This document shows positions 41,097 to 50,241 of a stretch of DNA of 64,000 nt, piece by piece. The DNA lies in NCBI GenBank assembly GCA_963815835.1, contig CAWFIF010000001.1:772807-836806 (forward strand), read 5' to 3'. Each line of letters starts with the position of its first letter. The stretch's first letter is position 1. The notes below the pieces were generated by a model. The model searched no databases. It was given only the letters and a program-made list of their open reading frames with translations, and was not told the origin of the DNA. Position numbers and translations under genes: made by a program. The DNA comes from an uncultured delta proteobacterium (GTDB taxonomy: Bacteria; Desulfobacterota; Binatia; Binatales; Binataceae).

Positions 41097-42083
41097 ATGA
41101 CGGCGGTTGCCGCGTTCTTTCTCCTGTTGATCCTCCTGATTCCCGGCTGCCAGAAGTCCCACAGTCAACCGCCGCCCGCACCGGCGCCGAGCGTTAGCCC
41201 GACTGGATCGCCGACCGTCACCCCGACCGCGACGCCCACACCGATTCCCTACTCGCAGCGCAACTTTCCATGCCTCAGCAACACGATCGTGGGTAAGGAG
41301 TTCGACTATTCGCCCGAGGAGAAGCAGGCAGTTCATCTCATCTCCGCCAAGCTCGGCGTCGATTCGAAACTGATCGCGCACGCGAACCACATCTCACGCT
41401 TCTCGATCATTGAACCTGGGCACAGCGTTCATATCGACAATCAGCACCTCGCGCCGTGCGACATCAGCAACGGAATCCTCATCAACCTGCCGCAGCGGAT
41501 GCTCTTCTACTATGAGGAGGGCAAACTCGAGGCCTCCTATCCGGTCGCGATCGGCAAACCCGATTGGGAGACGCCGGTCGGATCGTTCTCGGTGATCAGC
41601 AAACATAGGAATCCGGCGTGGGTGGTGCCGAAGGACATTCAGGAGGAAATGGAGGAGGAGGGCAAGGAAGTCCAAACGCGCGTCGAGCCCGGGCCCAACA
41701 ATCCGCTCGGCAACTACTGGATCGGGCTGAGCATTCCGGGAATTGGGATTCACGCGACCAACGCGCCGGCCAGCATATACAGCTATCACACGCACGGCTG
41801 CGTGCGGCTGGAGCCGGAAAACATCAAGGACCTGTTCCATCGAATCTCGAAAGGCGCGCCCGGAATGATCGTGTACGAGCCGGTGATGTTCGCAAAGCTT
41901 GACGACGGCCGTGTGTTTCTGGAAGTAGATCGCGATATCTACGAGGAGGGCGGGGTCACCCTCGAAGATGCGAGGCACCTCGCGGATAGCATCAAGCTCA
42001 CGGATTTGATTGACTGGACTGGGGCAACCGCTGTCGTGAACAACCATGATGGTATCGCTCACGACGTTACGGCGAAAAAATAG
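41097..42083 (+). CDS. L,D-transpeptidase lipoprotein (YkuD domain) with LysM-like region
   Basis: Lipobox-like N-terminus (LLIPGC), Pro/Thr linker, catalytic HGCVRL motif of L,D-transpeptidases. Confidence 0.75.
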   Translation: MTAVAAFFLLLILLIPGCQKSHSQPPPAPAPSVSPTGSPTVTPTATPTPIPYSQRNFPCLSNTIVGKEFDYSPEEKQAVHLISAKLGVDSKLIAHANHISRFSIIEPGHSVHIDNQHLAPCDISNGILINLPQRMLFYYEEGKLEASYPVAIGKPDWETPVGSFSVISKHRNPAWVVPKDIQEEMEEEGKEVQTRVEPGPNNPLGNYWIGLSIPGIGIHATNAPASIYSYHTHGCVRLEPENIKDLFHRISKGAPGMIVYEPVMFAKLDDGRVFLEVDRDIYEEGGVTLEDARHLADSIKLTDLIDWTGATAVVNNHDGIAHDVTAKK

Positions 42084-42095
42084 TTACGGGGACGA

Positions 42096-42671
42096 TTGGG
42101 ATTGAAAGATGCTAATGCCGCGCCGGCTCTGGTCAGCCGACGCAATCTTCTTAAGATGGGGCTCGTCGCCGCGGTTCCCGCACTGATTCCAGGCGCCGCG
42201 CTGGCGGCCTATCGTGTCATTCCGAAGCGCTCGCGCTCGCTGTCGTTTTACAACTTGCATACGGGCGAGAGCCTCAAGACGACCTACTTCGCCAACGGCG
42301 AGTACATTCCAGGCGCGCTTCATGAAATCAACTTCATCCTGCGCGACTGGCGTGAGAACGAGGTGAAACCGATCGATCCCGCGCTACTCGATCTGCTGGT
42401 GGGCATTCACCATCGCCTCGGGACCAAGGAGCCGTTCCAAATTATCTCGGGATATCGCACGCCGAAGACCAACGCGATGCTGCATTTCCGCACCGAAGGT
42501 GTCGCGCTCCACAGCCTGCACCTCGATGGCAAGGCGATCGACATTTGCGTCGAGGGCCGCTCGCTCAAGAACGTGCGGCGCGCCGCGATGTCGATGTTCG
42601 GCGGCGGTGTCGGATACTATCCGCGCACCGGTTTCGTCCACGTCGATACCGGCCGGCTTCGCTTCTGGTAG
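42096..42671 (+). CDS. DUF882/YcbK (MepK-like) peptidase M15-type protein with Tat signal
   Basis: Twin-arginine motif SRRNLLKMGLVAAVPA. DUF882 conserved core (ISGYRTPKTN; HLDGKAIDI; VGYYPRTGFVHVD). Confidence 0.7.
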   Translation: MGLKDANAAPALVSRRNLLKMGLVAAVPALIPGAALAAYRVIPKRSRSLSFYNLHTGESLKTTYFANGEYIPGALHEINFILRDWRENEVKPIDPALLDLLVGIHHRLGTKEPFQIISGYRTPKTNAMLHFRTEGVALHSLHLDGKAIDICVEGRSLKNVRRAAMSMFGGGVGYYPRTGFVHVDTGRLRFW

Positions 42672-42688
42672 CGACTTCTTCGATTGCC

Positions 42689-43297
42689 TCAGCGCGATCG
42701 TTCGGATGCGGCCCGCTCCTTGAGTGCTTCGCCCTCGGGCGCCGCATGCGCCATGTGTCTGGTGAAAGCGTCGAGCTCGACCCCGAACGCATCGGCAATT
42801 CGATCGATAAAGTTGAACAGGCTGGCGATCAGCACGATGTCGTAACACTGCTCTTCGGAAGAGTGACGCCGCAGTCCGTCGAGGTCGGCCTTGGTCATCT
42901 GCGAGGGATTCACGGTGAGCTTCTCGGCATACGCGAGCATCGCGAGATCGGCCTCGGAGAGCGGCGCGCCGCGCCAGTCGCGCTTGAGCGTCGCGACCAG
43001 TTCGTTGGCGCCGTTGCTCTGAACGCGGAGGAACTCCGCGTGGGAATTAGTTCAGTAGTGACACTGATTGAGCGACGACACGACCGTCGCAATCATTTCC
43101 TCCCGCACGCGGCTTAGGTTCGATGCGCCGAAGGTCCCCGTCGTGAAGACTCGCGCGACCGCTCCGAGCACCTCGGGCTTGAGACTGAACGACTGCATGA
43201 TGTGCGGCACCATGGGGAATTTTTGAAGGAGGGCAGCGTAGACTTCCTTCAGCCTGCCGGTAGCGTCCTGCTCGGAAGTGGTCCTGATCCACGCCAT
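42689..43297 (-). CDS. AhpD-like (carboxymuconolactone decarboxylase family) putative selenoprotein; in-frame UGA at 43052-43054
   Basis: ORFs 43052-43297 and 42689-42940 are in the same frame. The product reads ..SSLNQCHY-[UGA]-TNSHAEFLRV.., placing UGA at the second Cys of the AhpD CxxCxxxH motif. The C-terminal part carries the family signature (LAYAEKLTVNP..DIVLIASLFNFIDRIADAFGV). Confidence 0.7.
43023..43041 (-). promoter_or_regulatory. candidate bacterial SECIS hairpin
   Basis: mRNA UGA-ACUAAUUCCC-ACGCGGAG-UUC-CUCCGCGU: a perfect 8-bp stem starting 10 nt after the UGA. Confidence 0.55.
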
Positions 43298-43447
43298 GTC
43301 TCGTCTCCTCGTGGCTTCGATCGTCTCTCTCGTCTAGCCGCGCGCCCCAACGAATCAATCCGGCGAATCTCGTATGCCAAAACGAAAGCGCGCCGCAGCC
43401 ATCGCCGCGACGCGCTCCTCTCGCAAGAAACCTGATGACTGGATTTG

Positions 43448-43780
43448 CTACTTGCCGGCACCCGCGGCAAGGGCCTGCTTCACCATCGGCGCCAGCTCGC
43501 CGCTTTCATAAAGCTCGCGCACGATGTCGCATCCGCCGACGAATTTCCCGTTGATATAAACCTGGGGAATGGTGGGCCAGTTGCTGAAGCGCTTGATGCC
43601 CTCGCGAATTTCCATGTCTTGCAGCACGTCAACCGTTTCGAATGGCGCGCCCAACTGCTCGAAGATTTCGACCGTCGCGGCCGAAAACCCGCATTGCGGG
43701 AAACTGCGATTGCCTTTCATGAACAGCACGATCTTGTTGTTGTTGATCGTGGACTGGATCTTCTCAGCTACATCAGCCAT
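43448..43780 (-). CDS. Grx4-family monothiol glutaredoxin
   Basis: CGFS active site (FPQCGFSAA) and conserved WPTIPQVYI motif. Confidence 0.85.
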   Translation of the reverse strand: MADVAEKIQSTINNNKIVLFMKGNRSFPQCGFSAATVEIFEQLGAPFETVDVLQDMEIREGIKRFSNWPTIPQVYINGKFVGGCDIVRELYESGELAPMVKQALAAGAGK

Positions 43781-43785
43781 TTGGG

Positions 43786-44034
43786 TTACCTCCGATTCGC
43801 GTGCTGTGCCGGTGTCAACGTTTTGAGCGTCAGCGCATGCACGCGCGCGCGCATCGCATCGCCGAGCGCATTGTAGACCGCCTGATGACGTTCGACGAGA
43901 GTCTTGCCCTCGAAGCTTTCGCTCACCACGAGCGCCTCGAAATGGTCGCCGCCGCCGGTGTAGTCGCGCACTTCCACGCGCGCACCGGGAATGCCGTTGG
44001 CGATCATATGCTCGATTTCACTCGCGTCCATCAA
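43786..44034 (-). CDS. BolA family protein
   Basis: 82 aa, BolA fold motif (GGGDHFEALVVSESFEGKTLVERHQAVYNAL). Classic partner of Grx4. Confidence 0.75.
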   Translation of the reverse strand: MMDASEIEHMIANGIPGARVEVRDYTGGGDHFEALVVSESFEGKTLVERHQAVYNALGDAMRARVHALTLKTLTPAQHANRR

Positions 44035-44103
44035 CGTCTCGGTATGGGCCTCATTTTCGGCTTCATTCTAACCACAGTTGCAAAAAGAAACTAGCTTCCA
44101 GGG

Positions 44104-44724
44104 TCACTGAATGTATTCGATGTCGTAGCGATTCTCTTTCTTTTCTTGCTCGGGCGTCATCTTCTTCGCGGGCTTCGGTTTACCGGATGGATTTGCGAGC
44201 AACGCGTTCACGCTCTCGGTGAGTTCGCCGGTAGCTCCCGCACCCATTATGCGGCCCACCATGGCGCCGTCGGAGCCTAGAAAAACCGTGGTCGGAATTG
44301 CCTCGACGCCAAAGTCGTCCAGCACCGCTGTTTCGGCGAGCAAGATCGGATAACTGATCTCGAATTGGCGCACGAATGGCCGCACTGATTCGACGCCTTC
44401 ACCCTGCACGGTATCGCACGCGACGCCGAGGACCACTAGTCCGCGCGATTTATGATACTTCGTGTAAAGTTTTTTCAGCTCGGGTATCTGATGGCGGCAG
44501 GGCGCGCACCAGGTCGCCCAGAAATCGATTACCACCGGATGCCCGCGGTACTGGCTGAGCTTGGTGACGTGGCCGTCGAGGTCCCGCAGCGAAAAGTCGT
44601 AAATGTTGCTCGAAGTAGGAACGACCTGGGCGTTGCCGCGCGATTCGAGCCGCGCCGGCATCGGTCCGAGTAAAAGAACGACGGCTACCAGAGCCATCGC
44701 GATGAATTTGCATTGGTGAGTCAT
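44104..44724 (-). CDS. TlpA-family thiol:disulfide oxidoreductase (thioredoxin-like)
   Basis: Signal/TM anchor and WCAPC active site (DFWATWCAPCRHQIPEL). Confidence 0.8.
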   Translation of the reverse strand: MTHQCKFIAMALVAVVLLLGPMPARLESRGNAQVVPTSSNIYDFSLRDLDGHVTKLSQYRGHPVVIDFWATWCAPCRHQIPELKKLYTKYHKSRGLVVLGVACDTVQGEGVESVRPFVRQFEISYPILLAETAVLDDFGVEAIPTTVFLGSDGAMVGRIMGAGATGELTESVNALLANPSGKPKPAKKMTPEQEKKENRYDIEYIQ

Positions 44725-44733
44725 CTGAGCGCT

Positions 44734-45873
44734 TTAGACCTGCTCCACTACAGTTGCGATTCCCGGGCCGATTCCGATGCACATCGTTGCGATGCCCAAT
44801 CTCGCTTCGCGCCGCCTCATCTCATGGGTCAACGTCACCATCAATCGCGCGCCCGAGCATCCCAGCGGATGCCCCAATGCGATCGCGCCGCCATTCACGT
44901 CGAGCTTTTCTTCGGAAATTTTGAGATCGGTATTGCACGCGAGGACCTGCGCGCCAAACGCCTCGTTGATTTCGAAAAGATCGATGTCCTTGATCGACAA
45001 ACCCGCGCGCGCAAGTGCCTTGTGCGTCAACGGCACCGGACCCCATCCCATGATTTCGGGAGGCACGCCCGCAACCGCCATCGCCCGAATCTTCGCCATC
45101 GGCTTCAGCCCCAATGACTTCGCGCGCTCCGCCGTCATCAGCAAAACCGCCGCGGCGCCGTCGCTGATTTGCGAGGAGTTGCCGGCGGTCACCTGACCGT
45201 CAGGCTTGAACGACGGCTTGAGAGTCGCAAGCTTTTCCATCGAGGTCTCGGCGCGCGGTCCCTGGTCGACATCGACGCTAGTTCCATCGGGCAGCTTGAC
45301 CGGCACGATTTCTTCCTTGAAGCGCTCGCGAGCGGCGACGGCGCGCTGATTCGATTGCATCGCAAACGCATCCGATTGCTCGCGCGTGATGTGGTACATC
45401 TCGGCGAGCCGCTCCGCCGTAAGCCCCATGAAGAACATGTCGCGCGGAAACATGTCCATCAGCTTCGGGTTAGGCGAAATGCCGGAACCCATCGCGACGT
45501 GGGTCATGTTCTCAACGCCGCCCGCGATCGCGACATCGCCGCATCCGGTCATGATGGCCTGCGTCGCTGAGTTGATCGCCTGCAGGCTCGAGCCGCATTG
45601 ACGATCGATGGTGGTGCCCGCGACCTCGACCGGAAGTCCGGCCAGTAACGCGATCATGCGGCCGACGTTGAGTCCCTGCTCTCCGGTCTGATTGGCGCAT
45701 CCCCAGAACACGTCCTCGATTTCCTTGGGGTCGAGCTTGGGATTTTTTTCGAGCAGGCGCTTGATGCAGTTAACGGCGAGGTCATCGGCGCGGACGTCTT
45801 TGTAGTAGCCCTTCTCGCGGCCGGCTTTTCCGATCGGCGTCCGCACTCCGTCAACGATAACAACCTCACGCAT
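44734..45873 (-). CDS. acetyl-CoA C-acyltransferase (thiolase)
   Basis: Thiolase signatures (N-terminal VDGVRTPIGK; active-site Cys region RQCGSSLQAI; C-terminal GHPLGCSGARL, CIGIGPG). Confidence 0.88.
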   Translation of the reverse strand: MREVVIVDGVRTPIGKAGREKGYYKDVRADDLAVNCIKRLLEKNPKLDPKEIEDVFWGCANQTGEQGLNVGRMIALLAGLPVEVAGTTIDRQCGSSLQAINSATQAIMTGCGDVAIAGGVENMTHVAMGSGISPNPKLMDMFPRDMFFMGLTAERLAEMYHITREQSDAFAMQSNQRAVAARERFKEEIVPVKLPDGTSVDVDQGPRAETSMEKLATLKPSFKPDGQVTAGNSSQISDGAAAVLLMTAERAKSLGLKPMAKIRAMAVAGVPPEIMGWGPVPLTHKALARAGLSIKDIDLFEINEAFGAQVLACNTDLKISEEKLDVNGGAIALGHPLGCSGARLMVTLTHEMRRREARLGIATMCIGIGPGIATVVEQV

Positions 45874-45905
45874 AATTATGTCTCCTCCGATGGATCGTTT
45901 GCCGG

Positions 45906-46217
45906 TTAACCGACGGCAAGCCGACCGCGGGTTGTAGCACGCCTCGGCCTTACCACTATGTTTACATCCTGATTGAGTGCATTGAGAAACTTCGCGAGCC
46001 GCTCGATAGAAAAACCATCGATTCGTCCGCGTAGTAACGCTGACACTTTTGGCTGAGTAACGTCGAGAATGGAAGCGGCTTGCCGTTGAGTCAAACCCCT
46101 CTGCTCGATGATTGACGAGATTAGAAATACGAGGTCCGCTTTCGCCTGAAGCACGCCGGCATCGGGAAGATCCAGATCGCGAAAGACGTTACCGCTGCCT
46201 CTAGTAACAGTTCTCAT
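45906..46217 (-). CDS. higA: HigA-family antitoxin (XRE-type HTH)
   Basis: 103 aa with N-terminal GSGNVFRDLDLPDA motif and HTH (LTQRQAASILDVTQPKVSALLRG). Immediately downstream of the HigB-like toxin. Confidence 0.7.
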   Translation of the reverse strand: MRTVTRGSGNVFRDLDLPDAGVLQAKADLVFLISSIIEQRGLTQRQAASILDVTQPKVSALLRGRIDGFSIERLAKFLNALNQDVNIVVRPRRATTRGRLAVG

Positions 46218-46290
46218 TTCGAATTCGGAGCGCTCCCACGCCTTTTTCGATAGTCAATCTCGGCAAGCTTTAATCTCTGTTTTACCAATT

Positions 46291-46599
46291 CTATCTCTTC
46301 CTTGGGGGGCGCAATTCCTCTTTTGGTTTTTTCTGAAAGACGTGAAGAACGTAAACAACATCGGAGAAGGAAACAGTGTACACCGCTCGAAAAGTACCGG
46401 CCTCGCTCCTGTCAACGATTTCGAGAACGCCGGCTCCGTGAAAGCCCTTGAGCGGTTTGGCAGTTTCATGTTTGCCGCCTAGCTGCGCAACGTTTAGCGC
46501 GACACCGATGGTAACCCTTACTTCCTTTGGAAATTTGCGCAGATCGCTTCTTGAGCTCCCAATCCAATCAAGCGGTTTGCGAGGCGAATGGATCGTCAT
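46291..46599 (-). CDS. higB: HigB-like RelE/ParE-superfamily toxin (C-terminus possibly altered)
   Basis: Family motifs (KPLDWIGSSRSDLRKFP; AKPLKGFHGAGVLEI; YRAVYTVSFSDVVYVLHVFQKK). Toxin-then-antitoxin order. C-terminal residues are ambiguous between two frames. Confidence 0.6.
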   Translation of the reverse strand: MTIHSPRKPLDWIGSSRSDLRKFPKEVRVTIGVALNVAQLGGKHETAKPLKGFHGAGVLEIVDRSEAGTFRAVYTVSFSDVVYVLHVFQKKPKEELRPPRKR

Positions 46600-46681
46600 C
46601 AAGAGTATCCCAAATCTGGGATAGCTCGTCAAAGCTATTGCTTTTCAAGACAGCCCATCAGAAACGAGCAATCATCTGCCC

Positions 46682-47878
46682 TCATATGATACTCCGCGAG
46701 CGCAAATCGGCCAGATCGGTTTTGTCCAGCCCGAGCAGCGCGCCCAGCACTTCGTCGGTATGTTCTCCGAGCTTCGGCGCGCGCGTATCGGGCGTCGCGG
46801 TCGAGTCGGGATTCCTGAGCGGCGTGCCGGGAACGATGAGGTCTTCGAAGGTCGGATGGTCAGCATGGAGAATCATCTGATGCTCCTTGAGATGCGAGTT
46901 TTGCGTGACCTCCTCGACGTTCGCAATCGGAGCGCATGGGACGTGCGCGCCCTCCAGCTTCTCCAGCCAGTAGGCGCGGGTGCGAGTCGCGAAATGCGCG
47001 ACCAGAATCTTTTCCAGTTCGGCATGATGCGCGGTGCGATCGGCATTGCGGGCGAAGCGCGGATCGTCTTTCAACTCGGGGCGTGAGATCGCCTCGCACA
47101 TGCGCTGCCAGATCGATTCGTTACCGGCGCCGGTGACGAAGAATCCATCGCTTGCGTGAAACTGCTGGAACGGCGTAATCGACGGATGCCGCGTGCCGAG
47201 CGGGCCGGGCACTTTACCGGAGACTGAGAAGCGCGCGATCGCGTCCTCGAGCATCGCGACCTGGCAATCGAGCATCGAGATGTCAACGTGCTGGCCCTTG
47301 CCGGTGGCGTCGCGGGTGCGCAGCGCTACCAGAATTCCAATAATGCCATACAGTGCGCCCGACAAATCGCCGATCGACACCCCGCATCGCAGGGGATCGC
47401 CGCCCGGATATCCGGTGATGCTCATGGTGCCGCCGAGCGCCTGCGCCACGATGTCGTAGGCGGGCGCCGACGCCATCGGTCCGCTTTGCCCGAATCCCGA
47501 AATCGAGCACAGGATGATCGCGGGATTGCCGGCGCTGAGTTGCCGGTATCCGACACGGAAACGTTCCATCGTGCCGGGCGAGAAATTCTCAACTACCACA
47601 TCAGATTTGTTCGCGAGCTTAAGTAGAAGGTCCGCGCCCTCTTTGGTGCGTAGATCCAGAGTGACGCTCTTCTTGCCGCGATTGACGCTGTAGTAATAGC
47701 CGGAGTCGCCGCCGGGAATTGTCGGAGCGAAGCCGCGCGAATCGTCGCCACGTCCGGGAACCTCGATCTTGATGACCTCGGCGCCGAGGTCGGCGAGATT
47801 CATGGTGCAGAAGGGCCCGGCCAGCACCCGCGTCAGGTCGATGACGCGGATTCCCTTGAGCGGTTTTTGCTCAATCAC
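46682..47878 (-). CDS. CoA-transferase family III (CaiB/BaiF) protein
   Basis: 398 aa. N-terminal LKGIRVIDLTRVLAGPFCTMNLADLGAEVIKIE and catalytic Asp region. Confidence 0.8.
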   Translation of the reverse strand: MIEQKPLKGIRVIDLTRVLAGPFCTMNLADLGAEVIKIEVPGRGDDSRGFAPTIPGGDSGYYYSVNRGKKSVTLDLRTKEGADLLLKLANKSDVVVENFSPGTMERFRVGYRQLSAGNPAIILCSISGFGQSGPMASAPAYDIVAQALGGTMSITGYPGGDPLRCGVSIGDLSGALYGIIGILVALRTRDATGKGQHVDISMLDCQVAMLEDAIARFSVSGKVPGPLGTRHPSITPFQQFHASDGFFVTGAGNESIWQRMCEAISRPELKDDPRFARNADRTAHHAELEKILVAHFATRTRAYWLEKLEGAHVPCAPIANVEEVTQNSHLKEHQMILHADHPTFEDLIVPGTPLRNPDSTATPDTRAPKLGEHTDEVLGALLGLDKTDLADLRSRSII

Positions 47879-48067
47879 CTTAGATTTTTCCTCGACTCCG
47901 CTTCGCTCCGCCTCGGAAGCGGCTGCGCCGCGGCGCTATCGCGCCCCCTTCGGGTCTCTTGATCGAGCTCAGCGGTTTCCGCCGAAGTTCATAATTTTCT
48001 TTGAGGTTCCGAAAATGGAAGATGCGCTTGACGATGCGAACATCGGTGCTCCATCGTAGCTGACCTG

Positions 48068-48550
48068 ATGGCCCGAGCAAATTCCGCCCACGATCCTCCC
48101 TCGATACGAATCCGACGCGCACACAAGTTCGATCTTCCAAGGTTGCAGGAACTCTACGATCAACTTCATCTCAACAATTACTTGAACTTGCGAGTTCAGC
48201 GGGCGAGACTCTCGGCGGCATTCGATCGCCTCGCACGCGACCGCAACCATACGATCCTCGTCGCCGAGGTCGGAGGCAAAATCGTCGGGACCTGCCACGT
48301 GATCATCGTGCCGCATCTGGGTCATGCGCCGAAGCCTTTCGCCGTCGTCGAGAATGTCGTCGTCAACGAGGACGCGCGCTCCTCCGGAATCGGGCAGCAT
48401 CTGATGGCGGCCGCTAGCGACCTCGCGCGCCGTCGCAAATGCTACAAGATGGCGCTGACCAGTAACATCGCGCGCGGCCGAGCGCATCGATTCTACGAGC
48501 GCCTCGGATGGACGCGCACGCACTTCGGCTACTCGTTGGGCCTGGAGTAG
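48068..48550 (+). CDS. GNAT family N-acetyltransferase
   Basis: Acetyl-CoA binding motif (VVNEDARSSGIGQHLMAAA) and C-terminal YERLGW. Confidence 0.7.
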   Translation: MARANSAHDPPSIRIRRAHKFDLPRLQELYDQLHLNNYLNLRVQRARLSAAFDRLARDRNHTILVAEVGGKIVGTCHVIIVPHLGHAPKPFAVVENVVVNEDARSSGIGQHLMAAASDLARRRKCYKMALTSNIARGRAHRFYERLGWTRTHFGYSLGLE

Positions 48551-48670
48551 TCGCATTTTCAAAGTTGCGTTTCGTAACCTGAAAGCATTCGCGAACGCGT
48601 AGCTCCGGCGAAAATGCTATAGTACGAGAGTTGGAGGTCGGGAGTCGGGTCTTGAGACGATGTGAAAAAA

Positions 48671-48783
48671 TGCAAAAACAAACCCACTACTCAGCCGTCT
48701 CAGTGCAGTGGTCTCAGGCCCCCACGAAGTACCTCGGGACTGATTCCGCGCAATTATTGAAATTGCAAAAACAAACCCACTAC
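48671..48783. repeat. pair of 20-bp perfect direct repeats (TGCAAAAACAAACCCACTAC) in AT-rich convergent intergenic region
   Basis: Copies at 48671-48690 and 48764-48783. The intervening sequence contains GTCTCAG...GTCTCAG. The region lies between two convergent gene ends. Confidence 0.6.
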
Positions 48784-48882
48784 GAACGACTTCTCACACC
48801 TAACAAAATTACCAAACGAAGCCAAATAATCCTTATTGTATAAGTCTCTTCGCTTTATCTTCGCCTACACGATTGGCCCAAA

Positions 48883-50067
48883 TCACCGCCGCGAGCCGCG
48901 GGCGCGCGCTTCCTCCTGCGCGCGAAGTGCTTCGGCCGGCGTCATGATGAGCCGAGGCTCCTCGCGTTTGCGCTCCGCCTCCTGCGCCATCATCGCACCC
49001 AGCTGGGTCTGCACCAGCGATCGGAAGAAGGCGATTTTCTTGAGGTCGGCGCCATCGCGAATTTTCGCCGCCGCAGCCGCCGCCCATCCCGCCTGCTGTC
49101 GACGCCCGGTCTTCGCGAGGTACAGTCCAATGTCCTCGAGGCGACGGCGCAGGCGCTCAGCACGCGCGCCGCTCAGCAGCTCGCCGATCGCCTTCTCGAC
49201 CGCGCCCATGATGCGATCCTCCTGCGACGAGCGACTGACCACCAGCACGCTCTCCTGCGCGCGATTGACCTCGTTGAGGTATGGCTCCAGCTCCTTGAGC
49301 GGGATGCGGAACGCCTGAACCTCCGGCTCCTTCAATAGCTCGATCGACGGTTCTTCCGCCGCTTCTTTCGCGAACTCCGAATAGATCGGATGCGATAGTT
49401 GGGTGGGCAAGGGAGCGCCGGTCACCTCCGTGCGCAAAGCGTAGAAACTTCCTACGTTCAGGCGACCGGACTCCGGAGTCCGGCGATAAGCATCGCACAA
49501 AATGAAATCGGCGAGCCGAGGATCGATGTCGATGAGCTTCACTCCCGCTTGCTGCTCGAGTTCCTCCCGTTGCGTCTTCAACTCGCGCCGATTGAGCGCA
49601 TGATTCTGCACGCCTGCGAGCCCTTGGGTTTCGGAGACGAGTCCCCACAGCCTGACCAGCCCGCCGCGAGGACGCGCCCTGATCATCCAAACGATCTGCG
49701 CGCCTTCCGGATCGATCGGCGACATCAGCGCGGTAAGTCCGGCCTCCGCTGGAGAAGCAGGCGCCGCCTTGTGCTCCGCCTCGGGCTCGCGCACCTCGAT
49801 ACCGTGCTGGCGAAGCCTGTAGATCGCGCGGCGAATCTCGCGCCGCAGCGCGCCGCTCGCGTTCGATTCCATCTCGACCAGCAGATCGCCCGCGCCAGGA
49901 TCGTTTATTTCGCCGAGCGCCTTGGCGATCGCGAGATCGCTCGCATCAGCTTTGCCTCGAAGCTCGCGGAGTTGTGCGACTCGTTCAGGAATCGGCGCCG
50001 CGGCATCGAATCCCAGTTCGCGCAGGCGCGTCTCATTAGTGTCGAGGTCTTTCTTCGGATTGGCCAC
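48883..50067 (-). CDS. conserved hypothetical protein
   Basis: 394 aa, native GC, acidic/Arg-rich, no recognisable domain. Confidence 0.45.
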   Translation of the reverse strand: MANPKKDLDTNETRLRELGFDAAAPIPERVAQLRELRGKADASDLAIAKALGEINDPGAGDLLVEMESNASGALRREIRRAIYRLRQHGIEVREPEAEHKAAPASPAEAGLTALMSPIDPEGAQIVWMIRARPRGGLVRLWGLVSETQGLAGVQNHALNRRELKTQREELEQQAGVKLIDIDPRLADFILCDAYRRTPESGRLNVGSFYALRTEVTGAPLPTQLSHPIYSEFAKEAAEEPSIELLKEPEVQAFRIPLKELEPYLNEVNRAQESVLVVSRSSQEDRIMGAVEKAIGELLSGARAERLRRRLEDIGLYLAKTGRRQQAGWAAAAAAKIRDGADLKKIAFFRSLVQTQLGAMMAQEAERKREEPRLIMTPAEALRAQEEARARGSRR

Positions 50068-50241
50068 GTCAATGTTTCCCGGATGAAGTCAGTTTCGATC
50101 GATAGAACCATCGAAGCTATTCGGCGCTTCGTTCAGCTGTCAAGTTTGGAGTCTCCGCTGCGAGCTGCCACTTCTGGATTCTCAAAATCAGCAAGAGTGT
50201 AATCTAGCCATCACGCTTCGCCCCCAGCAGTTGGAAGTTCA

